Assembly (NCBI GenBank): GCA_964016885.1
Contig: OZ024745.1
Coordinates: 40,362,001-40,426,000, forward strand
From: Eledone cirrhosa
Lineage: Eukaryota
Length of the DNA stretch: 64,000 bases
Direction: 5' to 3'
Below are positions 13,683-27,132 of the stretch, in pieces; within the stretch, counting starts at the first letter, position 1; every line of letters begins with the position of its first letter. The notes beneath the pieces are model-generated. The model was not told where the DNA came from. It made no database searches and saw nothing but the letters and a program-made list of their open reading frames with translations. The position numbers and the translations under genes are program-made.

Positions 13683-14586
13683 TTATTACCGCAAATAATC
13701 AGGCGAAATTTCTGACGGTATAAAATAGCATTATCCCTTACACACAGTTTGTTGCATACACACTTAAATACAAACTGCAAATAATGAAGGGTTATGATGG
13801 TTATTTTCATAGTTAATATTAGAGGTAAGTCATTCCTTAGAACAACAAACGGCACTTTACAAGAAGCTAAACGTAACTCATATGACGAAGTAGATACTGT
13901 CAAAGATAGTTATGTTATCTTCCCACAATACTTCATTTGGTTACTTTCACATTGATATGTCACATCCAGTTGGTCGCCTGCCACATGTAATCTATTTATT
14001 GTGTTTCTGCTCAGAAGTTATTAAATAAACAACCTAAAATGAGTGACTCGAAGAACAATCTGAAATCGTAAATAGAATTAGTAGTGTTGACGCTAATAAC
14101 ATAAAAGCTAATACGCTCCAATTGATATACACATTCGTACGTGGATGCACGTAACTGTTTGTACTAGTCTCTGCACGTAGAAAGATACTAATCTAATAAA
14201 AGCCTAAACAAGTAGACACAATGTTTGTATTTAATGAATTCACACTTATCTCTCCGCTTATGTGAAGTGACATTGCTGTTTAGCAGTTCTTTAAACTGTT
14301 ATGAGACAAAGTCAATTGCTTGAAATAACTATGTCTGTTTCCTTTGTTCGTAGGTTTTGGATTATCACTTCCACTGTCTTTCTCTCCATATTTTTTCTGT
14401 CGATATATGTTTCCAGGTATCTTTTTATTTTCTATATATGAATCTAACTTTGTCTTTCTATCAATCTATGTTCGTGTCTCTGCGCACAAGCTTACTTTCA
14501 TACGTATGTAGCTACCTAGGGTGATAAGTACCAAGAAGATTCCGACAAATAGATACGTATATAGTTGGGCAGACAAGTAGTTGGGC

Positions 14587-14751
<165 letters not shown>

Positions 14752-14869
14752 TTGGTCTTACTATCCTTTTCTTTTACTCATCGTTGGGTGATTTCCCTTA
14801 TCTAAAGATTTCATTGGACACTATGATTATACTTTCACTCTCATGGTCTCTCAAACTTTGAAGATTTCT

Positions 14870-15940
14870 GAGGTTTACTAGTTTGTTCCGGTCGGTGAAC
14901 TGAACCCGGCAATGCGTTTTGCGAAATATTGGTAAATAAATGATCGACTATAGTCGAAATATGAATGCGTGGATCGCAACTCCTCCTTAGGCGAACAAAA
15001 GGAACCTCCAATACAATCTTTGGGAAAAGACAAATAATCTAGAAAGAAAAGGAGCACAACGTTCCAGATACATTTCGGATGGATTTCAAATATACTTTTG
15101 ACAACATTTGGAGGAAAGCGTTATGGGAAATAGTATTTATATGTAAAAGTTCCGACGAAATTTGCCACGATTATTGTTATTTGATGACATATAAGGTTCA
15201 GTTCTTATTAAAGGTAATCTCACCGTCTTGTTCCCATTTAAATTGGGAATAGACAAGGAAACATTATATCCAGAGTTCAGTATTTACCTTGATTTTGTGA
15301 TGAAGGAAATCAACTATCTAGATTAAACATGCAACTTAAAGAAAATATGATGATAAACATTTGATACGTGCTATCTTCGAAGGACCAAAGCTTGCTACAG
15401 CTAAACTCAAAAGGTGTGATTTGAAATTAACCACAAGAAAGAACTAAATTCTCCAAAGTAACAAAGTACAGGTTCCTTGCTAGTATGGTGCCAGACAGTA
15501 AATCAAACATTCTACAGCGAATATCATTGGTATCACAAACGTTCGGCTGCCTTAGAGCTGCAGTATCATCGTCTCTAAATATTTCCAGAAGAATAAAAGC
15601 TCGGCTCTACAAGGCAGTAATGCTATGATAGCCATGTATTGCTCAGAAACTTGGACTACAAGAGGCGAAGTGATACATCCTCTCACGGTATTCGAAATGA
15701 AATATCTAAGGCTCGGACATATGATGAACAATGCGCATGTACGCAGCAAACTAATTTTGAGTGAGACAATTAAAGATGCCTTAATTTTAAGACAACTCAG
15801 ATGGTTTGACCACGAGGACACTATAATTAATGCCTGTTACACGTCAGATTTGACAAACCGGATATGAAAAGGACGGCCTTCGTATAGATGGACACACAAC
15901 ATACGAGACCACTGTGGGATACCACTTCTCACATCTGTTG
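14870..15940 (+). mobile_element. Highly decayed RTE-like LINE RT fragment
   Basis: DFKYTFDNIWRKALW (DFxKAFD-like), MYCSETWT, RQLRWFDH, GRPSYRW motifs. Confidence 0.7.
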
Positions 15941-18900
15941 GGCAACTGATCCGCAAATAAACAATATACTAACATGTCGGGTAGGGGAGATGGAGCGCAT
16001 ACAGGGGAGGGAAAAGAGAGAAAGAGAGAACGGTAGATTTGGTTATTTATTATACATTTAACTTATTTTACACTTCCCTATATATTTGTAACTGATTTCG
16101 TTTTCCTTCTGTCTCTCATTCACATTTTCTTTTACGTCAAAACTATATATGCGTGAATAGCTGCAAGTTGTATTTCTACCTGAATAAAATGTGTAGTAAC
16201 CTTTTTTTTCACTGTTTTTAGTGTTCCCTTGTGGATCAGAATTATGTGGTGGTGTGTGTGTGTGTGTTGGTTGAGGGTGGAAGCAGAATTTGTGTCGAAG
16301 AGACCATTAGTCGAGTCATGTTTGCAGATGAATGTACGGCTTTCCCTCAACGGAGTTCTTCGGTTTTATCGTCTCTTAGACGTATTATTTTCAAGTATGG
16401 TACTTATTCGATCAATCTCTATTTGTCGAATTACTTTGGTAAGGGACATAACGAGGAAACATTAACACAAACAAATATATATATACATATATCCATATAC
16501 GATGGGCTGCCACAAAGTTTCTGTTTTCCAAATTTCATAAGTTTTGGTCTTCCAAATTCCATTCAATGGTATTTGTTAGTTCGTTTTTAAATTACACTTT
16601 TTCACGATGTCGCGTAGTAGGAATGAATTCGAAACGAAGTGATTGTGAAGTGAACTATCATACATGTAGCTTTGACAAAAATAGCCATTATATGTTCGTA
16701 GAGAGTCAGGGAAAATTCAAAATGATGCGCTTTGATAAATATTTATCAACAAATCACCCAACTCTATTTTAAAGTGGTTTTAGAATTTGAATTTGTCAAT
16801 TACACAGAACCTTCTTGTGAAAGGTTTTCTCTTCAAAGACCGTAGTCTTTCTGAGTTTTAAGGAACCTGGATTAGTAGCTATGGCATACGATTAACGATC
16901 GCAATCTAGTGTGTTCGATACCTTGCCGTCACTTTATTTCACGTTGCTATACCTCATTCAGTTGGAAATATTATGTTCTGCTTATAATTCAATGCTTGAG
17001 ATTTAGTAGTACTACAGAGAGTGAATGGGTATATAACACCATCTAATACCCACTTCCTTTGGTTCTTCAGATGATATACAGGCATACTGATGAAAACATA
17101 ATTAGTTCCGAAAATGAGATACAGGGGAATCTACGTTTTGGGGCATGGTAAGAAATCTACACATCAAAAATGTGTATATTTACTCTTAAACGTTGTGTTT
17201 GATGAGCAATACATACGTAATCTCTTTTGGGCAATCGCTAATGAGATGGATGAGCAAATCGAACTTAGTGTGGAGTTGATTGTAAACGATTAAGTTCCAA
17301 AGATAATTTTAAGCATGATTACAAATAAGAAATGTTGAACGACAACAGTGCGTTGTTATAACTAGTGTTGAAAACAGCGGTAATTACGCAAACTCTAAGA
17401 ATATTTTATTTTGTGATTGTTCAAAATGGAGGGGAGTCGTTATTCTTCCTGTAACGAACAAATTGCTGTCATTGCGTACTATAAGTAGGATGAGGAAAAC
17501 AATTTGGAGGCTTTCGTGACTGAGAATGTGTACCATCTTTCATTGTGAGGCGTGATATTTATTCGAAAACCTTTTCGAATAAATATCAACTGCGGCCAAT
17601 GAGGTTGTTGTTTTCAAAAAGCTTGTGTCGATGTGAAGAGAAAGATTAGCTGGCAAATCTTCAAAACTTCCTTGGGTACATTTATTGAAGTTCACACTGT
17701 GCATGGCCCTTGTTCGTCGGTCAGAGGATACTATTCCTGATGCATACTACCATCCCGACGAGTCCTGTAGAAAAGCAACAGAAATGGGTCACCACCTCCC
17801 GTATCAAGGTCATACAAAAATAATAGGTGTAGAATGAAGACGAGATAGATACTGATACAATTCTCTGCGCTCCTGGATATAACAAAATAGACAATTAGCA
17901 AGTCTGGCCTATTCTCATAAACGTTAGACGTTATTACTTTGGTATTCTAATATTATGACACGTTTTCTTTAGTTTCACAAGTTCATAGACAAATTACATT
18001 ACCTGCCATTTGTAATTATTTAGCTTCTCTCCTTGAAATGTTTCGTTGATATATGTTATAATAAAATATTAGAAACCAATGTTGCACAGATGCAAATCAT
18101 TGCTTCACCCAATTCATCATTATTTGTTTTTCATCTGTTATTATAATCATTTATTATTGCTGTTTGTGCTATATTCTACTTCATTCATTGAATGCAGGTT
18201 TTTAATCAAGAACACGTGGGTTTATAAAATAATTTTCTGAAGTGTTATATTGGTCTGCATTACTACTAAGTATGTTTCCAATTAAGTAAGTCTCATACCG
18301 GTTGCTGTAAGCAGTTCGTGGATCGATTTCTGATTTTCTTATAGTAACACATTTTTCGTTCTAAATTGAATTTTCGCGGATATTGAAGTATTTGTGTGTG
18401 TATCATTCCCCAACTGTTCATCGGAATCTACCTAAATAATTCAATTGAATTACACAGAAATCCGATTATATTCTTAGTAAGTTGGACGGAATAAAACAAA
18501 AATTCACATTGTAAATGAAATTCCTCAATAAAATAATATGGCAACAATAGTGGGTTGGTTCAAAAAGACACTGGGTCGTTATATTGCATAAAATTAAACG
18601 AGAGATTTCGCATCAAAATTATGAAGTACCTTATTTTATCCTACTACACCACAATTAACTTTCCATAGCCTCTGTTTGACACAAGCCTTACGAGTTAAAT
18701 TGCGTAACCAATCTATGTAGGAATTTATAGATTGAAGAATGTCTGCAATTCAATTTGTTCGATGTTGTACATAGTGTGTGCCACTGATTATACGCCAACT
18801 AATTATACGCTCATTAAAATGTAGGACGTTAAAGGTATACAATACATTGTGCATTGTTCGTCAAAAACGACGTAGGTGAGACAATTAAAGAAATATCAAG

Positions 18901-21900
18901 AAACATGAAAGATTAAGAGATAAGATATGATTTAGTAATCGGAATATAACATTCATTATTCCTATATTGTTTGCACAGTTCTATGCCAACATGGGATACT
19001 AGCAATTTGTCAAGTGGAGTACTGAACTTACCTCTCAATTCTATATGATAAAACAATTTCAGAAGTGACGGATGATACATCACTATCAATATCAAGATCA
19101 TCTCACTGGTGTAAATAACTGGAGTCAATACATTTGGCTTTCGTTATTGATATTGAGCAGTTTATGACTTTCAAATAACTGAGGGTAATAGGTTGCGACA
19201 ATAGAGACTAGGGGTAAATGTGAATTGATTGTCTTTGTTGACAATAATGTTCAAATTAACTTGTGTACTATTAATCCGCTTTTACCTAAAGTAACACGAT
19301 AACTTGCCATCTTTAACAATATACAGCTGTTAGTTCCCCACCAGCATGTATCATCTTTACACTATATATACACTTGTGTCCTTTTGGAATTGAAAACAGC
19401 CACAACTAAATATCACATTTTCTAAAACAGATAAATCGCCAAATGTTGCATTAAATAAGATATCCACTATACATACAGGTTTTTGGTAACTAACCTAGAT
19501 ATGCTATTGAAGCTCCACGAGATAAATGAAAAAAAAAAACGAAAATATTCATGATAGACGATGTGCTCTACTCAATAACAAGTTTCATATAGTTTAAAGT
19601 GTGATATACTGCTGGAAGTAGACAACAGTGGTCAAGTAATGATTGAAAGACATCACTGACGACTCTCAATAAAAAGGAGGAGATAAGAACGAGAAAATAA
19701 GACGCAATATTTTAACATAGTTCCTTGAATTATTGTTCCATTGAAGTGTTTGAGTAGTCTTCCATTGATACATTAATGTTAAAGCATTATAGATTATTAC
19801 AGGCCTAGCAATGTGTAGCCATTTTCCTAACTTACCCACAGTTGTCTAACTAGCTCTACAATTACCTGCAACTAAATGTCAGATTTATTTCAAAACCATG
19901 TAGACTACTTTTGTCAAATAAAGTCCTCACTTTTAAAGTTATACCTTTGCTTTCGTAGTCTCTAGCAATTAGAGTTATGTTCTTGTTTTCATTTTCTGAA
20001 GGATTCACTCCGAATAATTGAGAATGTTTGCAAGCGTCATTCAGAATAAATAATATATTATTTATACACTCCACACTTACTAATTACCATTCATACAAAC
20101 AATGTTCAAAATGCCGAATATCCACAAATTTCAAGGAGAATGCTACTTAGATATTACCTCCCCACACAATATGCCCCTCTCAACATCCGTGCAATTTCCG
20201 TCATGAGATAGACATTTAACTCTAAGCGCATTTGTGTATCACCAAAATCACAGGGCTTTAGTTCCTGCTTTTCAGGAAAATATTTACTTTTAAACATATT
20301 AGTGTTTAGTTAGTCCGACTGATATTCATATGGTTGTTAGTTCAATCGATGGTTGCATAGTGTGTCCTTGTGTAAGACTTATTATACACCACTGCAATTC
20401 ATATTGCTGAGTTATATTTATAATTCAGAATATCAATATCAACTAAGATAGGTGCCTGTGGAATGCGCAACTACGAACACGTTAGTCTAACGTTAATATC
20501 AGGAACACCCCTCGTTGTAACTGAAGGTAGCCCAAAACCCACAAAAACAGTCTTGCGTATGTGTAAAATCAACTTCGCTATAAATCTCAATAGACTTTTC
20601 CAGCCTTGTATAGACATATGTGTTGCCCCTTTCATCTGTCTAAAAAATATATAAAATACCTTATTCAAACATAGTTCATAAAATGTTCCGTCTTACTTGG
20701 CCACCTCCTGTTGTGAATTTCCATTATTGCTCCGTTATTGCTTCCGGCCAATAACCTGAAATATTTTAAGCAATAGGTTGACTCTTATTCTCACATTAGT
20801 TTTTATCTACTTACATGACACTTTAAAAAATGACCAAGAGCGTTGTGCCTCTACGGAGGATACTTGACATAGTGAGTTGTTTCCATTTTTAGAGTAATTA
20901 TTTCATGAACACATTAATATGATTAATCAAATCCCTATGAACTTGTGAAACGTAAGGCAATTTTTTTATGAATTAGTTATCTCTGTTTTGCTTCTAATGC
21001 ATGAAACGTTTCTGGCTTCTCTTATTATTGCCAAAATTTTAGTTAAGCAGACAGAATCTGTTGGGAAGTATTTTTGTCGCAAATTATTGTAAACATTATT
21101 TCAAGCTGGCTCCACTCCAATTTAAAATTGATAATGGTGTAACACTTTGAAAACTGATTGCAAATATATGTTATTATATTGTTAGCAGAGTATATCATGA
21201 TTTTGTGGTTGGCATTGATAAAATCATCTGTTTCATAGCAACTATACGTAAATATTTACCTTGTTTATAGTTGGTAATGTTATATTGATTCCGAGTATTT
21301 ATTTCTTTGGTTCAACGATAATAATATTTAACGTTCTCTGTACAAATGACATTGGACGATGACCTTTTTCATTATAAAATTAGTGATGTAAGTGGGGACA
21401 TTTCAAAGGGGATTTTGTAATGATTCACCAAACCACAGGAGAATTAACACCTCATCAATTATTTTATCTCTTAATGAAGAAATATTACTTCAACTAGAAT
21501 ATATTATACCATTAATAAAGAATTTACATGATAATTTTATAAAAGATCTCTATAAAAACACAACCACCAGGGTAGAAACATGTTATGTTAATTAAGGTGA
21601 TTTAGCTAACATAGTAAATACCGATTTCGCATTATAATCCATCTCCTATTCGAGAAAAATAAGACTCCTTTTGAAAACGCTTTTATAATGATAGATGGAG
21701 TACCACGGTCGTTTCTATGGCAACACTATGAAATATTTAAAGTTAGATGCATACAAATGTGAAAGGTTTTATCTAAAGCTGATGAAACAACGCACTAACT
21801 TTAATATCATAACTAGATGAAATGTTTTAGAAAATACTAAATTAAAAGAGAATTCTGAAACATTTTATCTTTATTAAAGACGTTAGATCACCAGTAGAAG

Positions 21901-22599
21901 GAACAAGAAAGAATGCTGACATGTATATACATCTAAAGAGAATCTACAGGACAGGAATTACCTTTATGAGTAGACGAAAAATATATACGGAATAAGATTT
22001 ATCAGATGAACCTTTATAGGATGGAGAGATGGGGTGACGTGTAAGTGAGTGCCGAGGCAAAAAATGGACAGATGCTCTTCAGTGATCCTAAATCTGTGTA
22101 TAGACTATCATCCACGAGTGTCACTCACATTTTCCATCAAGTGTTACATCCCTTAATTATGAAGATAACAAATATATTAAAAAGCAATGGCTATGGCAAT
22201 TTAGTTTTTATTTTAAATCACAACTCAACAATCTCCACAACCAATAATCTAGAAGCAATTGCTTACGGAATCTACTAATCTTATCGAAAATTAGCACAAT
22301 CATATAATTAGTCCATGTCACATTCTAGCAAACAATCGATTGCAGAGAAACTATATCGTTACAAATTAAACGAGACACATGTGAGGTTAAATCTATCCAA
22401 CCTCTCCGACAAATCTGCCAAGGAGGCTAAACTCACGAGCGAGTTTCTCAAGCACCTATCAAGGAAAACGTGATAGATGGTTATCTCAAAATCATCACAT
22501 CATAACTCTCCTTTATATGAATATTAAGATCTTTACCTGCATCATCATTAACGATCTTGATCTCTGCTAAACAATTCCTATCTGAAGCTAAGTAAAGAA

Positions 22600-22845
22600 T
22601 CCATAGATTGAATCTAAGATCAAATGCAACTGATAGGTAATTCTAGATTAGACACGAGCATGAGGGTTGGAAATGATGCTTGAGCTCAGATTGTCTCAGT
22701 GGGGAATACAACCGAATCAAAAGCAGACGGATGCTTTATTTAGGACCTGCTGGACGGTGGGATTTAGGAGTCTACTCCCATGACCCACAGAATAAAAAAA
22801 TGGGCATAGAAGAAGAAGAAGAAGAAGAAGAAGAAGAAGAAGAAG
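22600..22845 (+). mobile_element. RTE-like LINE 3' remnant with (GAA)n tail
   Basis: RIKSRRMLYLG resembles IKxRRLRWLGH; AATAAA followed by (GAA)n. Confidence 0.45.
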
Positions 22846-22965
22846 GGTGAATCATTTGAAGGCGCCTCTGCAAAAAATCTCCGTCCGAAGGGCTAATTCA
22901 ACTGATTTATTTTAACAACTAATTATTGTGACCGAATGCAATTATTGTCATGTGGAGTGTCAAGG

Positions 22966-23180
22966 GGGTGGATTGGCAGTGTAGGTAGAGGCTCGGACGC
23001 CATGTTTTGCAGCATAGAGTTAAGCCCCTTTACTGTCTGAGATCAAATCCACCACACACCCCCACCCCACACACACACAGGTTAACTTTGCCTTTCATTC
23101 TTACGGGGTCGATAAAATAAAGCACCAGTAATGTACTGGATAATTGCTAACAGTGTCTCAAACGTAGAAACAATTATTAT
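22966..23180 (+). mobile_element. tRNA-type SINE (main family) with an internal (CA)n insert
   Basis: GGATTGGCAGTGTAGGTAGAG head and family core. Confidence 0.88.
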
Positions 23181-23487
23181 TGTCATTTGAATTGGGATTC
23201 AGTCATTTCAATTATATATTCATATCTGTATGAATGTATGTTTAAGTTTCTGTCTCTGTCTTTGTTTAGGCCTGTTCATTAGCGTTCCGAGTAAATGAAT
23301 ATCGATGAAATGCATACTAGTTTTGAAATATATTAGTAATGTGGTCAATATGATCGATTAAATCCCTTCACGGTATAGCCAAAGCAGGACTGCATTCAAA
23401 TGACTAAAGCCAGTAAAAGAATGGAGATATTATTGTTATTTCTGGAGATATTGTTAGAAAATACTTTCTGAAGATAAAATCTCATAT

Positions 23488-23668
23488 AATTGTTTCTACT
23501 TTAGGCACAAGACCAGCAAATACCCAGAATAATTACTGGTACTTTATTTTATCGATCCCGTAAGGATGAAAGGCAAAATTAACCTCGGCGGGATTTAAAC
23601 TCAGAATGTAAAGGGACGTAACTATGCTAGAAAGCATGGCGTCCAACCCTCTACCGATACTGCTAATT
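23488..23668 (-). mobile_element. tRNA-type SINE (main family)
   Basis: Family core, as at 11785. Confidence 0.9.
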
Positions 23669-24042
23669 CATAATGTAATGTATTATGTCCCTAAGACCTT
23701 CTGCAGTGTAGGATTCATAAATTCCTCATGATAATATGAAAGAAAAACAATATGAAACTTCTGCATTATGTTTTGAAATATTCCAAATAATTCCTTATGT
23801 AACCTAAGCTGCTACATTACAATAAATGTATACATATATATATGTGTGTGTGAAAGCGTGAATAGAATATAACAACACGTATGAATTGAATATTGCCTAA
23901 AGCAATCTCTTCAAAATTTATGTTCACAATGTTGAAGTACATTTTTTATCAATTACATTATCACCGATGTATTTTGTGAAATATATACATAACGCACGTT
24001 GGTATACACACACTATCTATATATCTGTAGCTATATATATGT

Positions 24043-24283
24043 GGAGGCACGTAGCATAGCGATCAATTCTTGGGTTGCATGTTGTGCTCTTGAGCAAAAC
24101 ACTTCATTTCCAGTTGCTCCAGTATGTTCAGCTGTAAATGAGTGCCAGCAATAGCTGGCGGTTAAGCCTTGAAATGGTCTGGCGTCTTGTCAAGGCGGGA
24201 GTCTTGTACTCTCAGTCACTTCACACCATATAACCGAGATAAGCACCGCCCAAATAAGCCTTCTGGCTCAAGACATACTTTTT
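24043..24283 (+). mobile_element. Second SINE family (V-core-like)
   Basis: GTGCTCTTGAGCAAAACACTT and ATGGTCTGGCGTCTTGTCAAGG resemble conserved SINE middle domains. Recognised from memory, not by search. Confidence 0.55.
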
Positions 24284-24325
24284 TAGTTTTATATATATAT
24301 ATATATATAGTTTTATATATTATAT

Positions 24326-24529
24326 ATAGAATATTAAATGTTAAGTGTTAATTGAACAAGTACTTTCATGCTTTCGCAATCTTCAGGTTCAATCTTTTGG
24401 TGACAGTCAAGTTTGCAATTTTCAACAGTTGAAAATTGCAAACTTGACTGTCACAACACATTATGAACCTGAAGATTGCGAAAGCATGAAAGTACTTGTT
24501 CAATTAACACTTAACATTTAATATTCTAT
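24326..24529. repeat. About 200-bp palindrome centred at 24427
   Basis: Arms are perfectly complementary except for a short internal bubble; 1-nt spacer. Confidence 0.97.
24464..24502 (+). ncRNA. Intact minimal type I hammerhead (mirror copy 24353-24391, minus)
   Basis: TGAAC-CTGAAGA-T-TGC gaaa GCA-T-GAAA-GTAC-TT^GTTCA; 5-bp stem I, palindromic stem-III loop. Confidence 0.88.
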
Positions 24530-25151
24530 CATACTATTTCATTATAATACCATTATAAATGTTAAAGGATTGTAAATAAAACGAGTAAATCAGACAAAGT
24601 TGGAATTCCTTGTATTAATATAATCTTCTATACACAATCATACACACCCGTGTATATCTATCTATATATATAAATATATGTTAAGTCCACTTATGTTATA
24701 TCCTCGACCGCATTTGTAATATAAATGATCTCCTCTGTACTGATGTATTGTATTTAGTGAATTGTCTCAATCATTTAAACATTGATATTAATTATGGATA
24801 TATTTATGAGTTGTGCGTTTTCACAATGTCTAAATTTATTTTAGTATATTCGAAAAATATGTTTTCAAAATATCACTTACGATGTGATAATTCACTATAT
24901 ATTTCCCATATAATTCTTTAGTATAGTTAGTGAAATATCTACTCGTGTAGTTACTGAGGGGAAATATTTTATTTTATGTAATTTTATTACTATTTGAGAC
25001 CTCCATAATTTTAACCCTATAATATTTAATCGGTGGTATATCCACCTTCGCTTTATCCCCCACTGGTACATATTAAACGAGCTATTCATAGAGGAATGAA
25101 TCTTCATTCCTGTTAATCTAGTGAAATGTGCGTTAATCTATGGAATATTTT

Positions 25152-25478
25152 AATAATTATTTCTACTTTTGGCACAAGGCCAGCAATTATTCCAGTGGAT
25201 TATTGGTACTTTATTTTATTGACCCCGTAAGGATGAAAGGCAAAGTTAACCTCGGCGGGATTTCAACTCAGTCCATAAAGGGACGTAACTGTGCTGCAAA
25301 GCATGGCGTCCGACCATCTACCTATACTGCCAATCCATATGTGTATAATTGTTTCTACTTTAGGCACAAGGCCAGCAATTATCCCAGTATATTACTGGTA
25401 CTTTATTTTATCGAACCCGTAACTCTATGCTGCAAAGCATGGCGTCCGACCCTCTACCGATACTGCCAATCTACCGCC
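25152..25478 (-). mobile_element. Two tandem SINE copies (second internally deleted)
   Basis: Family core at 25152-25336 and 25345-25478. Confidence 0.9.
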
Positions 25479-25619
25479 ATATTTTAATAATAAAAGTCCG
25501 TTATATATATATATATATATGGTGGTAGAACATTGGAAGGTAATAACTGTAGTGGTAGAGCACTCAGTCCATGTCACGAGTTAGGTAGAAGTGGTTACAC
25601 AACAGTTAGTTGGCCATAC

Positions 25620-25657
25620 CGAGAACAATTGTTTCACCTTAGCGAATCCTCAGCTCG
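25620..25657 (-). ncRNA. Minimal type I hammerhead in a 170-bp (TA)n-flanked element (25522-25695)
   Basis: Minus strand: CGAG-CTGAGGA-T-TC gctaa GG-T-GAAA-CAATTG-TT^CTCG. Confidence 0.8.
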
Positions 25658-25693
25658 TAATGGACATGGTTATACGGAGCAGGAAGGACCCTA

Positions 25694-25772
<79 letters not shown>

Positions 25773-25778
<6 letters not shown>

Positions 25779-27040
25779 AGAAGTTGACGGACCCGGTGTA
25801 TTTAACAATGCCAGGACCGGTTACATTTCATCGTACTCAATAGATGATGTAGAATACATTCCAGAGTATACACATAGTTATTCCCTTCAACACAACACAC
25901 GTAAACGGGTGTCTATATTAGGTCCCGGACTCGAGTTTCGGCCACACTTAATGTAGCAATAGGGTGCACTGCACCCTCTGTCTGCATATATTATGCAACA
26001 ATGCATAATCGGCGCATGTGGGTATATCAGCGGGTATCGCCTAATCAAAAACGAATCCATCGACAGAGTTCAACCCCAGTCCATGCCGGCTATGTGATGG
26101 CTGACACAGTAAAGTGATTAGCAAATGGAATCTAATACAACTCCGTCCTCCCGATCAGCCACCGATTTACAAACTTACGAGGTGCCAGGAGATAAGAAGA
26201 TAAATATTTTTGCTCACACCAAAAGCTCTCAACAAACGTGTCTCAAACACACATTGATAAGATAGTGAGAAGGTCGTTATTAGAAAAATCAATTCCACAT
26301 CTTTGCACAGTAGAATAGTAGCATTCAGCTCTAGTCTCCACGTCCCATGGCGATAGGCTGGCGATGGTAACAGTGGCCCATAACCTTTAACGGACATTAA
26401 ATGCCTCCATCCACTAAACATCGATATATAGTGGCGTGCTGGTAGCGGCAGTCACGTGCGTAAACCATTTTATTTCACAACATAACGATTCAATATGCGA
26501 GTGAGAGAAAAGAATATTAATAGCAGGAATTAGAGCGCATATCAAAACAACACACAATAAAAAAAAGTTAAAATGTGTTTACCTTACCCTCATTACTCTG
26601 CTAGTTGAGAGATAATAATAATTAGAAGTTGTCAGGACTGGTTGCATTTCAGCGTACTCAATAGATGATGTAGAATACATTCCAGAGTATACTCATAGTT
26701 ATTCGCCCCAACACAACACACGTAAACGGGTGTCTATATTAGGTCCCGGAGTCGAGTTCCACACTTAATGCAGCAATAGGGTGCACTGCACCTTCTGTCT
26801 GCATATATTATGCAACAATGCATAATCGGCACATGTGGGTTCATCAGCGTGTATCACCTAATCAATAACCAATCGATCGACAGAGTTCAACCCCAGTCCA
26901 TGTCGGCTATAACTATATGTGACGGCCGACACAGTAAAGTGATTAGCAACTGGAATCTAATACAACTCCGTCCTCCTATCAGCCACCGATTTACAAATTT
27001 ACGTGGTGGCAGGAGATAAGAAAATAAATATTTTCGCTAC
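25773..27040 (-). mobile_element. Retrozyme-like non-coding element: about 430-bp direct repeats, each with an HHR, around an about 400-bp core
   Basis: Repeats at about 25773-26215 and 26614-27037; HHRs at 25924-26034 and 26745-26851; no ORF; TA tracts on both sides. Confidence 0.8.
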
Positions 27041-27132
27041 CGCCATATATATATATGAATGTATGTATGTATGTATGTATGTATGTATGTATGTATGTAT
27101 GTATGTATGTATGTATGTATGTATGTATGTAT

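Noticed and set aside
17088-17120. CTGATGA..GAAA hammerhead-like string
   Set aside because: Weak stem II, no UH site and no stem I.
19026-19105. Possible minus-strand host exon (DDLDIDSDVSSVTSEIVLSYRIE, AG|GTAAGT donor)
   Set aside because: An in-frame TGA follows the best acceptor and there are no partner exons. Needs RNA-seq.
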